Assembly (NCBI GenBank): GCA_030265395.1 | Contig: JARFYF010000058.1 | Coordinates: 21,498,655 to 21,562,654 of the forward strand | Length of the DNA stretch: 64,000 bases | From: Rhina ancylostomus | Taxonomy: Eukaryota | Direction: 5' to 3' | Part shown: positions 1-12,442 of the stretch, piece after piece | Layout: every line of letters begins with the position of its first letter | How positions within the stretch are numbered: the first letter of the stretch is position 1 | Made by a program: the position numbers and the translations under genes | The notes under the pieces: model-generated | What the model was told of the DNA's origin: nothing | Database searches by the model: none | What the model saw: only the letters and a program-made list of their open reading frames with translations

Positions 1-504
1 CTACCACTCCATAACTTTCTCCCATCACATTCTTCATTCAATTGCAACAGACATGCACCCACCACATGGACATTCCAAATGACTCTTCACACCAGAATTA
101 TAATATCCTATCAGTTGTTCCTTTTCAGCACTCCTTCAGATTCTGTTTGTGTCTTTGCATTCATCGCCTATCCATGCAGATGTTCTGTGATAGTGTCATG
201 GTCCAGAGGCAGGTAGGAGGTGGTGTTAGAGAGCTGCCATTCAGCCTCTGCAAGGTAGAAGTCAGTTTGCCAGGCATCTATACTGCATGGCTAGTAGGTG
301 GCATGCTGCACAATTCAGCAGGTTGGCTGGGTTAGAGCCAATAAGTGGTGGAAAAATTGAAGCAATGGGTGCAATGCCAACTGTTTGCAATGAATTTAGA
401 GAGGGTAAGAGGCCAGAGGAAGGTGGATTGAGAACTCCGAAGTGGAGGCAAAAGCACCCTCATTCTGGGGCAAAGACTCGGCCAAAAAATTAACATCAAG
501 AATG

Positions 505-2238
505 CCGGCTCTCTGGCATGACCTCGTACCTCATTCTGGACCATGATCTCAAAACAGCACATCAGGCCATTGTTTCTCAGGAAGTCACTGAGACTGAATC
601 TTCCCTTCAAAATCTCCAAAGTCATAGTCTCCCTACTGTACTCTTCGTAAGGACTGCCTGGTAGACCCATTGTCTCAGCGTGTTCTTATGCCACATCTTA
701 TTTCTTCCCATCCTAACTGTACGCTTTCTCCCCTGTCTTGGTCTCCTGCTTAGATCGTGGTCCTCCACCAGCTTAAGTTTCCTGGTCCCAACTGCCTTAT
801 TTTCAATGTGGATATCCAGTCCCTCCACAACTCCATTCCTCACAAGCCCATCGCTGCTTCCCTGAATAGAGACCTAGCCAGCTTCCTGTCCCACCCCTGT
901 CACTAGCACTGTTTGCATGGCTGAACTTCCTGTACTAGTGTTTCACTTTAAATTCCACCCATTTTCAATTTAAAAGGTGTAGCTATGGGACCCTGTCTGG
1001 GTCCAAGCTACATCTGTCCCTTTAAGTATACAGGGAATATTCCTGTTTCAGTCCTACTTGGCCCCTTTCCTCGCTTTTTCTGGTATTATCGATGGTGCCT
1101 CCTGCTCTTGTGCATTAAAGTTGCAATTGCCAATAACTTACACTCTGTTCTCACTTTCATCATGACGCTGGCTTCCTCAGCTTTTCTGTCCATTTAAAGG
1201 GATAGGTTACCAACCAGTAACCCTGACAGCTCCATCCATTTCACCACATCTTCCTCTAATGTATCCATTCCGACAGTGCCAACTTTCACATGAGTCTTCT
1301 TCCTCAGTCATGGTTCTCCCTCTTCATTAGCTAAAATGGACAGATGCGGTTCAAAACCAATGTTCCTCCCTCTTCGTCCCACTCAGACAATAAGATTACT
1401 CTTGTCCATGCCCTTCTCTCTACTAGTCTCTATATTCAATGGGTAACTTCATGTAACTTCTGACATCTCCAATCAGATGCCACCACCAGACATACTTTCC
1501 CTTTTGATATTCCAGTGGGGCCATTACCTTTGCGATACTCTGGTTCGCACGTCTCCACCAATTTTCACTTCCTTTTGCATGGTAACTTGGAACCTGAGGA
1601 GATGCAACAGCTGTCCTATCTCATTGTCAAGGGACTTGAATACTTCCAGCTGAAGCAACGACTTACAGTTCCAGTTCAGTGTTCTGCATTCAGTGCCCAC
1701 AGTGTATATTGGCAAAACTAAACACAGAGTATCCTCCAGGGGTGAAGCTGAGCAAGTTGCTGGTCACTTTAATTACCCAACTCTCATCTGTCTTTGGTTG
1801 TTCCAACAAAGTTCAATGCAAGATTGAGGAACAGTACGTCATCTCCTGACTCGGCACATTAACAACTCAACATGATACTGAACAGTTTTAGATCTGCCAT
1901 TCCACATCTCCAGTTTCTCCCTGCTCATATTTCAGATCTCTTGCATCATTAGCCATGCCTCTACCTCCCTTTTTTCAGACAGAGCTCTGCATCCTCTCCA
2001 AGGATATGCCTTACCCACCACCACCTATCATTCAATATCTCCTGGTGGCCATCCTCTTTCCTTTTGTTCTCTACCCTCCTTCTGCCCTTCCTCTGCAACT
2101 TGTCCCAATTCCAGTGAAAGTTTAGTGACCTCAATGTCATCTCTGTTTCTTCAGCATCTCCAGAAAGAGGAATAAAACATTTTCAGCAGCTCCTGTTCTT
2201 GTATCAAAATTTTGGCATCTCCAGTATTTAGCCTTTGT
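505..2238 (+). mobile_element. Decayed Penelope-like element (RT + GIY-YIG endonuclease + 3' terminal region)
   Basis: Frameshifted translations give PGRPIVSACS (~657-686), FNVDIQSLHNSIPH (~802-843), GVAMGPCLGPSY (~976-1011), CIQCPQC..YIGKTK (~1686-1722) and CKIEEQYVI (~1817-1843), in canonical PLE order. Many stops. Confidence 0.85.
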
Positions 2239-2570
2239 CACACTCTAGGCATTGAGCAGGAAAGGAAGGGGCCATGCCTTTGCTCTTCATGGTTCAGAAA
2301 AAGCCATGAAAGTTGATAAGGCAAGGCTGGGAGCTCATTTCATCGGAGTGCCTTTGTAATTCATAGTCCTTTATCCACCACAGCAAATATTATGCAAATT
2401 TCACAACTTTGAGCAGAATTGTGAAGGCTTTACTCTGCTAATAGCCAATCTTGCAATACCGCCCTGTCTCTTCATATTTCTTCTCAATATCAAAGGATCC
2501 ATCATGCAGTCTGGTTGCGGTGAGAGTTACAACAAGACTACAGAAGGGATTTAGCTTGTTTTTATTCGCT

Positions 2571-3392
2571 TGAAGACTAAGTGAATGGAAGAAGACACAA
2601 GGACACGGCAGATGGAACGTAATGTGGAAAAATGTGAAATCATCCACTTGGTAAACAAAAAGAGTAAAGTTGAATATTATTATAGATGTCAGGACACTAA
2701 AGTATTGGTGTTCACAGATAACTGGGTGCCCTTGCCAGAAATCATTGAAAGTTGACATGTTGGCACAGCAAACTAGTAGGCAGGCAAATGGTATCTTGCC
2801 CTTCATTGCAAGAGGATTTGAGTACAGAGTAAAGATGTCTTATTACAGATATATAGAGCCCGGTGAAGCTGCACCTGGAATACTGTATGCAGATCTGGTC
2901 TCCCCACCAAAGGAAGGACATGCTTGCAATCCAAAGAATTGGAGTCCAAAGAACGTTGATTAGATAAATTCCTAGATGGGGAAGTAGTACTTCGAGCAGA
3001 AATTAAACAGACTGGCTATGTTGTATACACATTTTGAAGAATAAGATGTGATCTCCTGAAGCGTAAAATATTCTTACCAGGCTTGACAGTGGTTGCAAGG
3101 ATTATGTTTCTTCTTGCTGACTTGTCAAAAAACATGAGTCACAGTCTTAAAATATGGTGTCAGCCATTCAGAACTGAGATGGGAGGAAAATTGGAATATC
3201 CTTGGACCTTGCTAATTAAGAGGGCTGTGGAGACTCAGTTGAGTATATATTCAAGGCACATGTTAAGGGAAATGAGATTATTTCAGGAAAGCTGTGCTAA
3301 GGTTGGTGATCAGCCATGATCTTGAATGGTGGAGCAGATGTGTGAGGCCAAATGCCTATTGATGCTACAATTTCTTTGGCTCTTGTATTCTC
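2571..3392 (+). mobile_element. CR1 (HER1-like) LINE, 3' part
   Basis: RQMERNVEKCEIIH, QANGILPFIARGFEYR and LHLEYCMQIWSP motifs, followed by the CR1 3' UTR (ATCAGCCATGATCTTGAATGGTGGAGCAG). Confidence 0.9.
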
Positions 3393-5293
3393 ATTCTTGA
3401 GCTAGGCAACAAGGATAAAAAAAAAGTGACAAGGACAGAATTTCTTCTCTAGTGTTAACATGATACTCTCAGGCCAAGTTTGGCATCATTAGGGCTAAAT
3501 TTTATTTTGTATCTAGCTGTTTGCCTTCAAGTAGGGTTGCTAATTAGCACCAAATTACAAAGAGTGCTATGACAAATGCCCGTGCCAGTTTATTTCTGCC
3601 ATTTCTTCTATTTGCATAGGGCTCTTAATGGCCATCAAAGTATTGCAGTCACTTTGTTAAGCATGATGATTTGTGATACTAATTTAGGGTTACAATTGGA
3701 TCTTCAAACTGTGAGAGGGGATTTGAGTCCATATCGGGCTAATAGTTTTCTTGGTAGATGAGTGATTCACTGCATTTGAGCCACTCCAAAGCAAGGATTA
3801 AGCAGCTGTAAATGCACTGTCATCTGAAGTACTTGTGGATTAAGCAAAAGTGGTAACAGGCACTCATAAAATGCCCAATAATAATTAAACGCTGAAGTAA
3901 TGGAGCTCCATGCTTGGTAAAGTTTTTTTTTATGCCAGCAGTGTTGTTTTGTGGTAATTAAGACTTATTTGAAATTTTATTTTCCCCAGAATGGACCAGC
4001 TCCAATATTTACTATTGAGTTTAGTAGGACTTTAAATGTTTAAGTTTAGTTATTTCATAGTGCCCTATGTATTTGAACAATGAGTTTCTTGGATTCTGTT
4101 CTGGCATTGCACAACTTCCGGAGAAGGAGAGCAACTCTGACAGCAAGCTCCCATGTTTAATTGCACATCTGCAGTCACCAGAGGTTGCTGTCTGAATTAT
4201 GCCTATTTCTACATCAAATTACAGCCCATTATCTTTAGAAGAGCCCTAATGTCATTTAGTTCCTTGGGAGTATTTAAAGTGGTAAGAGAACCAAAGTGCT
4301 GAGAAGCAAACTCTGTAATCAGTACATTTACAACCCCTCTCATTTAGGGACACATTTTGAAAAGAATAAATTTTTTAAAAAAGGCTGGCAAATGAAAACA
4401 TTATCAGTGGCGCTGAAGTCCATGGTGATCTTATTGAAATTCCTGTTCATTTTTATGACAAAATTCAGTAGGATTGTAGAATTAATTTGAATATAATTAG
4501 CACTATTTAAATTTAAGTTCAAGGGATTAGTCTGTGCTGGAAAAAAGATAAGACTTGTATGAATAGTTTAGAATATATTAATCAACTCAAATTAATTAAA
4601 CCTCCAGTGCCTATAAACCTTGCTTGGCTACAATGCCAATACATGTCCCTATTTTGTATGTCTGGCTCATTCGTTTCATGTTATTCCCTCCATTTAATAC
4701 TGTTTTCATTTCAATACCTTAGAATTATTTAAGAGGGCTGAAATAAATCAAAACTGTTGGTTAGTCAGGTGCAGAAGGATACAGGAATCTGCCAGAGCCA
4801 GACAATTACAAGTTCTCATGAATAAGGTAAAAATTGTATAAATCTTTTAATTTGGTAGGTTCTGCTGAAAAACATCCNNNNNNNNNNGTGGATCCAGACT
4901 TGCTAAGAGAATTTTTTTTTACAGGTGCCAGCCGATTGGCTGTTCCTCCAATATGAGACCTTTGAGTCAGCTGCCATTCTATCAGGACTGATCCTGCCCT
5001 GGGATAGGCTCAAGCTTGAGCCTATCCATCAGAGGCTGAATAGCAAGCAATAATTACTATTCATTATTTTAATTCCCTGCCCATTTGCACCAAGGTTAAC
5101 AGTGTCAATATAGCCACAGGCTGAATGTGAAACCAGGATGCCTTACTCTTATGCAAATTTTAGAACCTGGTTTATCATGTCCATGGATACAGANNNNNNN
5201 NNNNNNNNNNNNNNNNNNNNNNNNNNNNNNNNNNNNNNNNNNNNNNNNNNNNNNNNNNNNNNNNNNNNNNNNNNNNNNNNNNNNNNNNNNNNN

Positions 5294-5930
5294 CATCCAC
5301 ATCCCCCGAGACCCTTAACCAGTAAAATTATGTCTTGGAAATGTTAATCGACTGTCAGTATCATGGCCTCGTGGGGGAGAGGATTTCAGATTTCCATTCT
5401 ACTTTGTGCTTGAAGGATTATTTCACTTCTCAGTGGCTTCCTAATTTTAAAATTGTGCCCATATGTTCTAAATTCTCTTCTCAAAAGAAATAACATGCCT
5501 GCATCTATGGAACTGAAACCTTTCAAATATTTTAATAATATCAGAATAATATAATATGGATGTTTGCGCAACCAGTCTTCATTTTAATCCTTTAAGGTAA
5601 TGTATCAGCCCCCTCAAAGGCCAAAATATACCCGAAGGATGGTGCTAGAACAGTATGTGGTGCTCCAGCTGGGGTCTCACCAAGCTTTAAACAGCTGAGG
5701 AATAACATCCTCCCCTGTGCATTTCAATCATCTTGAAACTAAACCATTGTACCATTAGGTTTCTTAATTACTTTTTGTAAATGTGCATTAGGTTTTATAG
5801 CTGGAGACCAAAATCCCTTTGGTCCTCCAGAGTCCCCAGTCACTCACCATTGATAAAATTGTTCTTTTTTTGATCCACAATGGATTAGCTCATCCTTCCA
5901 AATATTGAACCTGATCTAATAATCCCTCAT
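5294..5930 (-). mobile_element. CR1 LINE fragment
   Basis: Reverse strand resembles the CR1 ORF2 C-terminus (LVRPQLEH; RTYGHNFKIRK in ORF 5386-5571). Confidence 0.7.
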
Positions 5931-7104
5931 TTAATCTTTCCACATCTTTTGATTGTGGTTGATGATTATATTTAACTATATTTTTATCAGGGTCATAATA
6001 ATCTTTTTTTCACTCTGGTATCTCACTATGCATAGCCACTGGTTATTTTTGTGAACTTCATCGAGTTGGTGGTTATCACTAAAAGTTTGTTGTTAACATT
6101 TGAATCCTGTTACATAAAACTCAAGCTTTTAATAACCTAAGAATTCAAAAAGTGAAGCACTGGCTGTGGAATGCAGTGGTTGTTAAAACAAGATGTTGCC
6201 AGTATGCAAGGTGTTTTATCACTGTTCCTTTATGAAAGGTAACGAGCTGGGTTTGTGTGGCTCTTCAACCAGCAGTTCCATATAGAAGTGCCAACTAGCC
6301 GCAACACCCAGGTCAGCTTGTCTCTGACATTGCAAGAAGTCGAACAAACTTTAGGCCCATCTGAGTTTGCACTCCACCACTGGTCTCTGTACAGATCAGA
6401 GATGGAGCATAAATGATGTACTTTACATCCAGCACTTCATTTTACACCAAAGTTGTTGGGTGTGTAATGTGACCCCAATCATTTGAAAAGCTGTTCAATT
6501 TTCACTGATATTTTTGAATTAACATTTGGCACTTGTGGGTGTTTTTGAGTAAGGTTTTTAATATTTTTAATTGCTTTCTAGATATCTTTAATGAACAAAT
6601 CTGTGATCATAGACGTTCAACAGCAGTTCAAAGGTGTGGTCAACAAATGTCAAATAGATGTCAAAAAGCAATCAGAGTGGTGGGGATGTATGGCCTTGGA
6701 ATCTGCTGCCTGAGGCCCAGTCACCATTCACAGACAGAACTTTGCAGAATGACTGGACCAACAATACATGGAGCTTGACTTGGGGCCATAAGTACAGCTG
6801 TGAAAATAACATGGGTGATCAGTACAACAGCGAATTCTACTGGAAAAATTTCATACAATTTCTTACTTTAGTTCAGGAATAATAGTTTGGTTCTGGTTTT
6901 CTGTAAGGTCTTGAATGTACCTGATGGATAGCTGAACTTTGGTTTATTTCAATACCTGGTAAAGTTGTACAGCAATGATATGAAAACAGCATTAGGTGGG
7001 GAGAATTGAATGAAAGTGAGGCATACTGAATAGAGACATTTATTAAAATTATCATCATCAGATTTATAGATACTGGAGATTTCATTCAAGTTGATGTATT
7101 AATT

Positions 7105-7140
7105 ATATACTAAAATTAAGACAACTTAATTTTAGTATAT
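7105..7140. repeat. Perfect 16-bp inverted repeat with a 4-nt loop
   Basis: ATATACTAAAATTAAG-ACAA-CTTAATTTTAGTATAT, read directly. Confidence 0.95.
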
Positions 7141-8371
7141 TAAATTGTATTAAGGGTATATTAAGACAACTTTTTTCTTTTTGTTCTTTAGATTTGGGAC
7201 AAGATGGGGCTGAATTTATCATCCATCTTTGCTAATCCTGGAAAAGAACAAGTAGAAGGTTGTCTTGAATTGCTGCAGTCTTTGGTTCTATGAAACTGGA
7301 TCAGTAAATCCAGAATGTATATTCATTGTGGAATTTTGTGATAGGATTTTGATGGCTTAATGCAATTAAGAGTATAAATGCATCATGGTGCTGCTGGTCT
7401 AATCTGAGAAACAACAGTTCTCTGACCCTGGACGTCAGCACTCAGATGGATTGGCCTGACATTGTTTTAGTCCTTTCCTGCACTTCCAATAGACCTTTGT
7501 ATACAGTAAAAGGTTGTAGCTGGGTCACTTGCTAGGCACTTCAGAGGGCATTAAAATGCACAAATGTTAAAAAGACTTGGTGGCACAAGCAGGTTAAACG
7601 ATGTTTATTGTTAAAGACTCTCTAGAGCTCTCATGGTTCATGCCCAGTGTTCTCCCTGGCATTGCCAGATTTGTAGAACTCTTTCATGATTTATTGTTGC
7701 AGGAATTTGAATTCTAAATTTTGGGATTGTCAATACAGTACTGTCAGCCAATAGTTTTGAGGTACATTAACACAACTTCATTGTTCTTGCATCGTGGTTT
7801 GTGATTATGCAACAGAACTGGGAACTTAAAGCCCGTCAGTCCCGAGGCTGCTGTGAACACTGAGATGATGCAGTGTGCTTAGCAGAGTGATTTAGTGGAA
7901 TCCATTTTCTCTTCAGGTAAAACCCTTTCTCCCCTTGTGTTCTTGACAGCTTCCCATCATTAAAAGTACTGAACGCCTGAGCCTGTATCGCATCTGGCTT
8001 CCAGACTTGTACCAGAAAACCAAAGGAATTAACAGCACAGAAAGGAGACCACTTGGCCTTTGATACCCAAGTTGGACATGTAAAGATTTAGATTAATCCT
8101 GCATTCCATCTCTATCTATACACATGAAGATTACAGTTTAAAGTGATCACAAACGCAGGCCTGGGCTCAAGCGGACCCGGACGGAAGACTGTAGGGTGGA
8201 GCTCAAGTGGACCCGAAAGGGTGATGGCCTAGTGAACCGTGTAGGGTGAACCCAGCACAGAGATGGATGGAGCAAAGGGACAGCCGGCCCAGTGCAGTGT
8301 GGCATAGGGAGAGTGGAGGGCGATTGGAAGTGGTCCGGACAATGTGAAGAGGGTGCGGGCACAGCAGGGTG

Positions 8372-8470
8372 AAGCAGAAAACGATGCGGTTAAATGGGAT
8401 TAGTGTAGATGAGGTGGCATAGACGTGGAGGGCCGAAGGGCCTGTTTCTGTGCTGTATGACGCTATTCTC
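8372..8470 (+). mobile_element. HER1/CR1 (HE1-shared) 3' tail fragment
   Basis: GGGCCGAAGGGCCTGTTTCTGTGCTGTATGAC tail motif. Confidence 0.85.
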
Positions 8471-8479
8471 TCTCAAATG

Positions 8480-8687
8480 CCTTCCAACTGCACTAAGGTG
8501 TAATTTATAGGAGCCAATTGAACTTTCAGCGTGTCCTTGAGTTGTGGGAGGGAAATGGAACACCCACGGGAAACTCAGTTGCAGGGAGAACTTGCAGACT
8601 ACTTAAACAGCAGCAGAGGTCAGGATCAAACCTGGGTCTTTGGAGATCTGAGGCAGCAGCATTATCTATTGTACCACTGTGTTGCCC
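8480..8687 (-). mobile_element. HE1-type V-SINE (tRNA head + V domain); its tail is probably at ~8030-8110
   Basis: Reverse strand reads GGGCAACACAGTGGTACAATAGATAATGCTGCTGCCTCAG...GACCCAGGTTTGATCCTGACC, then the V-domain-like AAGTTCTCCC...GAGTTTCCCGTGGGTG. Confidence 0.8.
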
Positions 8688-8904
8688 CTAAGAGAAATTG
8701 TAGATACAATACCCACTTCATATTAGTGATGAACAAACATCTACTGTCAGATCACTGCACATGTTGTCTTTTAGCCAGTCTTCAGATTCATTTGATTTTT
8801 GAGGTACTGCACCTCAGTTCTGACTGAGTAGCATAAGCTCTTATTGTGTGTGAATAATTTTTGCTGGTGTGTGGCTGAGTGATTTAAATGGAATCTTAAA
8901 GCAC

Positions 8905-9220
8905 AAAGGTTAAAATTTAGGAACAGCAAGTGAAAGAATGTGACTCATGGGGCCAATGATGTGGCTGAAACAATTCTACCATCGATATACCAAACACCAG
9001 ATCAATGGTCGAGAGCTGGAGAAGTATATCTCTCTCACAGCAAGAATAGGATGGGTCCAACTTCGGACAACTGGAGGTGGAGGGGGGAGAAGCAAAGAGA
9101 TTGTTGCATTCCTCTTTTGAGAGGACCAAAGAAGGCTGGCCCAGGAAGGGTGAGATTACAAAAAAAGACAAATGGTCTGATGGAAGGATCAGACAATGGA
9201 GAACAAAGTATGAAGGCAAA
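8905..9220 (+). mobile_element. Very old RTE-clade LINE ORF2 C-terminal remnant (tentative)
   Basis: FGQLEVEGGEAKRLLHSSFERTKEGWPRK resembles the RTE motif WFGHVERM..R.AKR.L...G.R.RGRPRK. Confidence 0.4.
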
Positions 9221-9445
9221 AACCCTCAAGACAAAAATCCTTTGAGAGAAACAAACTTTGAGCCAAAAAGACCCAACTTACTTCCATCATTGAAATCCTC
9301 CTGTTAAAATTCTACAGCTTTATTCTCCGGTAGGGTTTGTTAGCTGATCTCATTTCAGTACAGTTGCTGCCAGTGACCCTGGGTTGAAAAGGGAAGAATC
9401 AAGCTAGGTCCTCTGCTGATGGACACCCAACTTTAGGTAAGGGTG

Positions 9446-9495
9446 GAGAAACAGAGGACTACAGATGCTGGAATCTAGATGAAAAATGCTATGAT
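9446..9495 (-). mobile_element. Penelope-like terminal (pLTR) fragment
   Basis: GAGAAACAGAGGACTACAGATGCTGGAATCTAGATGA is near-identical to the start of the element at 37438. Confidence 0.65.
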
Positions 9496-9496
9496 A

Positions 9497-9577
9497 GGGT
9501 CTGTATTGGGACCCTTACTCTTTGTGATTTTTATAAATGACCTGGATGAGGAAGTAGAGGGGTGGGTTAGTAAGTTT
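9497..9577 (+). mobile_element. CR1 RT fragment running into a gap
   Basis: Uninterrupted GSVLGPLLFVIFINDLDEEVEGWVSKF. Confidence 0.92.
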
Positions 9578-9677
9578 NNNNNNNNNNNNNNNNNNNNNNN
9601 NNNNNNNNNNNNNNNNNNNNNNNNNNNNNNNNNNNNNNNNNNNNNNNNNNNNNNNNNNNNNNNNNNNNNNNNNNNNN

Positions 9678-9890
9678 TACCATGTAAATCACCTTGTCTA
9701 ATGGTGGCGCTGCTTTCAGACCTCTGTGGAAATGGACTCTAAGATTCCCATGTTTCTCTACACCACTTAGCATCCATCTTTTATTGTGTTTGCACTTGGC
9801 TTGCATTACATAACACTTCCCTGGAGTGAATATCATCTGCCACTTCTATGGCCACTTAACCTATCCATGAATGCCTTCCTGCAGCCTGTA
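9678..9890 (-). mobile_element. CR1 fragment
   Basis: Minus ORF MIFTPGKCYVMQ...GNLRVHFHRGLKAAPPLDKVI resembles the CR1 region WQMEFN..KC.VM...DLGV.VHRSLK. Confidence 0.7.
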
Positions 9891-10024
9891 CCTAACCTCA
9901 ACCACATTGCTATATTCTGATGTGACAGTCCATTCCCTTTGTTTTGAAAGGGCAGAAAATAGTTGGACTCTTTGTTGCCCAGAATCTGAATTCAGCTGAG
10001 ACATCCAATTTTAGATTTTGGATA

Positions 10025-10113
10025 AGTTGGTAAATTGGTTTATTATTGTCACGTGTACCGAGGTACAGTGAAAAGCTTTGTTTTGCTTGCCAACCATAGA
10101 GATCATTGATTAC
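10025..10113 (-). mobile_element. Rex1/Babar-type LINE extreme 3' end (left piece of a split element)
   Basis: Reverse strand TTTTCACTGTACCTCGGTACACGTGACAATAATAAACC. The element continues at 11225. Confidence 0.75.
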
Positions 10114-10488
10114 CAAGATTCATAATCTTCTGAGAGAAGAAATTGGACTCTCCCTTGCTTATAAACATCCCACAAAAGCTTTGTGGCAGGTTGAACAACT
10201 CCCCAAGTATCTCAGTATGCATGTCTTTTAGCCTTCATCTGTAGGTTGGCTGAAGGGTAGTCTTTATGTAGGTCTCCCTTAACAGAAGTGGTTCTTGGCT
10301 TCGTCATGAGTGCCAATGTCTTTTCCTGCAGTTAAATAACTTCTGGGCACTGAAGGGCCTGTGCTAGTCTGCCAATGAGGATGAGTGTTAAGTACAACCT
10401 TCTCCAGCAAGAGGGAGGAAGGAGTGTTGCACTGTCCATACATTATGCCTGTCATGGTTCAATAGATAGATGTCTGTAAGTGTTTGCA

Positions 10489-11224
10489 TAGGACATTACT
10501 ATGAATGGTACAGCACTAGGGAGTGTAATGGAACAGATGGACTCAGGAGTGCATAGTTCATTGAAAGCAGCGTCACGGGTAGGCAGGGTGGTGAAAAAGG
10601 TGTTTATCATGCTGGTCTTCATCAGTCAGGCCATTGAGTATAGGAATTAGGACATAATGTTGCAGCTGTATAAGATGTTGGTGAGGCTGCACTTGGAGTA
10701 CTGTGTATAGTTTGGTCACCCTGTTATAGGAAAGACGTGGTTAAAATAGAAAGTGTGCAGAAAAGATTTATGAGGATGTTGCGAGGACTAGAGGGCCTGA
10801 GTTAGAGGGGGAGGTTGGTCAGGCGAGGTCTTTATTCCTTGGAATGTAGGCAAATGAGGTGTGACCTTATAGAAATGTTTAAAATTATGAGAGGCATAGA
10901 TAAGGTGGACGGTAACAGTCTTTTCCTCAGGGTAGGGGAGTTCAAAACTATAGTGTATTAGGTGAGAGGGGAAAGATTTAAAAGGGACCTGAGGAGCAAC
11001 TTTTTACACAGAGGGTGGTGAGTATATGGAAGAAGCTGCCAGAGGAAGTGGTTGAAGCAGGTACAATAGCATCATTTAAGAAGCACTTGGATAGGTACAT
11101 GGAGGGGCAGATCCTAGAGCAATATGGGCTGAACATAGGAAATTGGGACTAGCTGAGTGGGCACCATGGTCGGCATGGATTCATTGGGCCGAAGGGCCTG
11201 TATCCGTGCTGTATGCTCTATGAC
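10489..11224 (+). mobile_element. Relatively young CR1/HER1 3' fragment nested in the Rex LINE
   Basis: LQLYKMLVRLHLEYCV and RGDL-like RCDLIEMFKIMRGIDKVD; ends with GGGCCGAAGGGCCTGTATCCGTGCTGTATGCTCTATGAC. Confidence 0.93.
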
Positions 11225-11750
11225 AACAGTGCACTGAGGTAGTACGAGGGAAAACAATTACAGAATGCAGAATAAAGCATCACAGTTACAGAGAAAGTGC
11301 AGTGCAGGTAGATAATTAGGTGCAAGGCTATAACGAGGTAGATTGTGAAGTCAAGAGTCCATTTTATTGTACTAGGGGACCATTCAATAGTCTTATGTGG
11401 GATAGAAGCTGTCCTTGACCCTGGTGGTGTATGCTTTCAGGCTTTTGTATCTTCTGCCCTATAGGAAGGGGAGAAGAGAAAATGGCTGGGATGGGTGGGA
11501 TCTTTGATTATGCTGGCTGCTTTATCAAGGTAAGAAGTGTAGACAGAGTCCATGGAGGGGAGGCTGGTTTCCATGACGTGCTGAGCTGTGTCCACAACTC
11601 TCTGCAGTTTCTTGTGGTCACAGGCAGAGCAGTTGCCGTACCAAATGCTGCATCTGGCTAAGATGCTTTCTGTGGTACATCAATAAAAATTGGTGAGGAT
11701 CAAAGAGCACATGCCAAATTTCTTTAGCCTTCTGAGGAAGGAGAGGATGT
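11225..11750 (-). mobile_element. Rex1/Babar-type LINE ORF2 C-terminus + 3' UTR (right piece)
   Basis: Reverse translation FLRRLKKFGMCSLILTNFY*CTTESILARC..WYGNCSACDHKKLQRVVDTAQ is the DUF1891-like motif. Confidence 0.85.
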
Positions 11751-12442
11751 CACCTTTGTTTCATCTGTGAATGGTGAGACAGTTGATTTCCCTTGGCAAA
11801 TATGAAAGTCAAGTTCAGTGCAATTGGTTCCTTTGCAATCTTTATTTCTCAAGCAAGTTTATTTTGTATTGGTTTCCGGGTATTTCTTTGCTGTACACAC
11901 TAATATTCCCAGCAGTAAGCAGACTCATCATCTGTCTGGAATGGGATGCCACAATGTTTACTGAGCATTCTGTCCAGCGACTTCTGAATGAAAATTTAGA
12001 GCTCAACAATTATGTTTTAAATAGAGAAATTCTTTATATGGTATGTGTGCCACATTATGTGCAAAATGGGTGCTGATCGTGAAAGTGAACAGAAACTTAA
12101 GGAAACACAAACTCTAAAGCATCTGTACAATAGAAAATAGGTCTAATGTGAAAAAGAATAGTTACATGAACTCTAAGTGAAGTTATGAATGTATATATTC
12201 CTTTAACTGTTTAAAAATAAAACTAATATGAAAGGTTGAATACTAGAAATCAAACTGCTGATGATATAATCCTGAATTTCAAAGATATGGACCCAGAACA
12301 GACTTGCTTTAAATATGGTGCCTTCTATTTTTACACCTCACATTAATAGATTAATAAAAGTGGCACTACCCTTTTTATCCAACTTGCCAAACTATCACTT
12401 ATCTAAAAATTCCTTCTGCATCCTCTGTACCATCAGCCCTCC

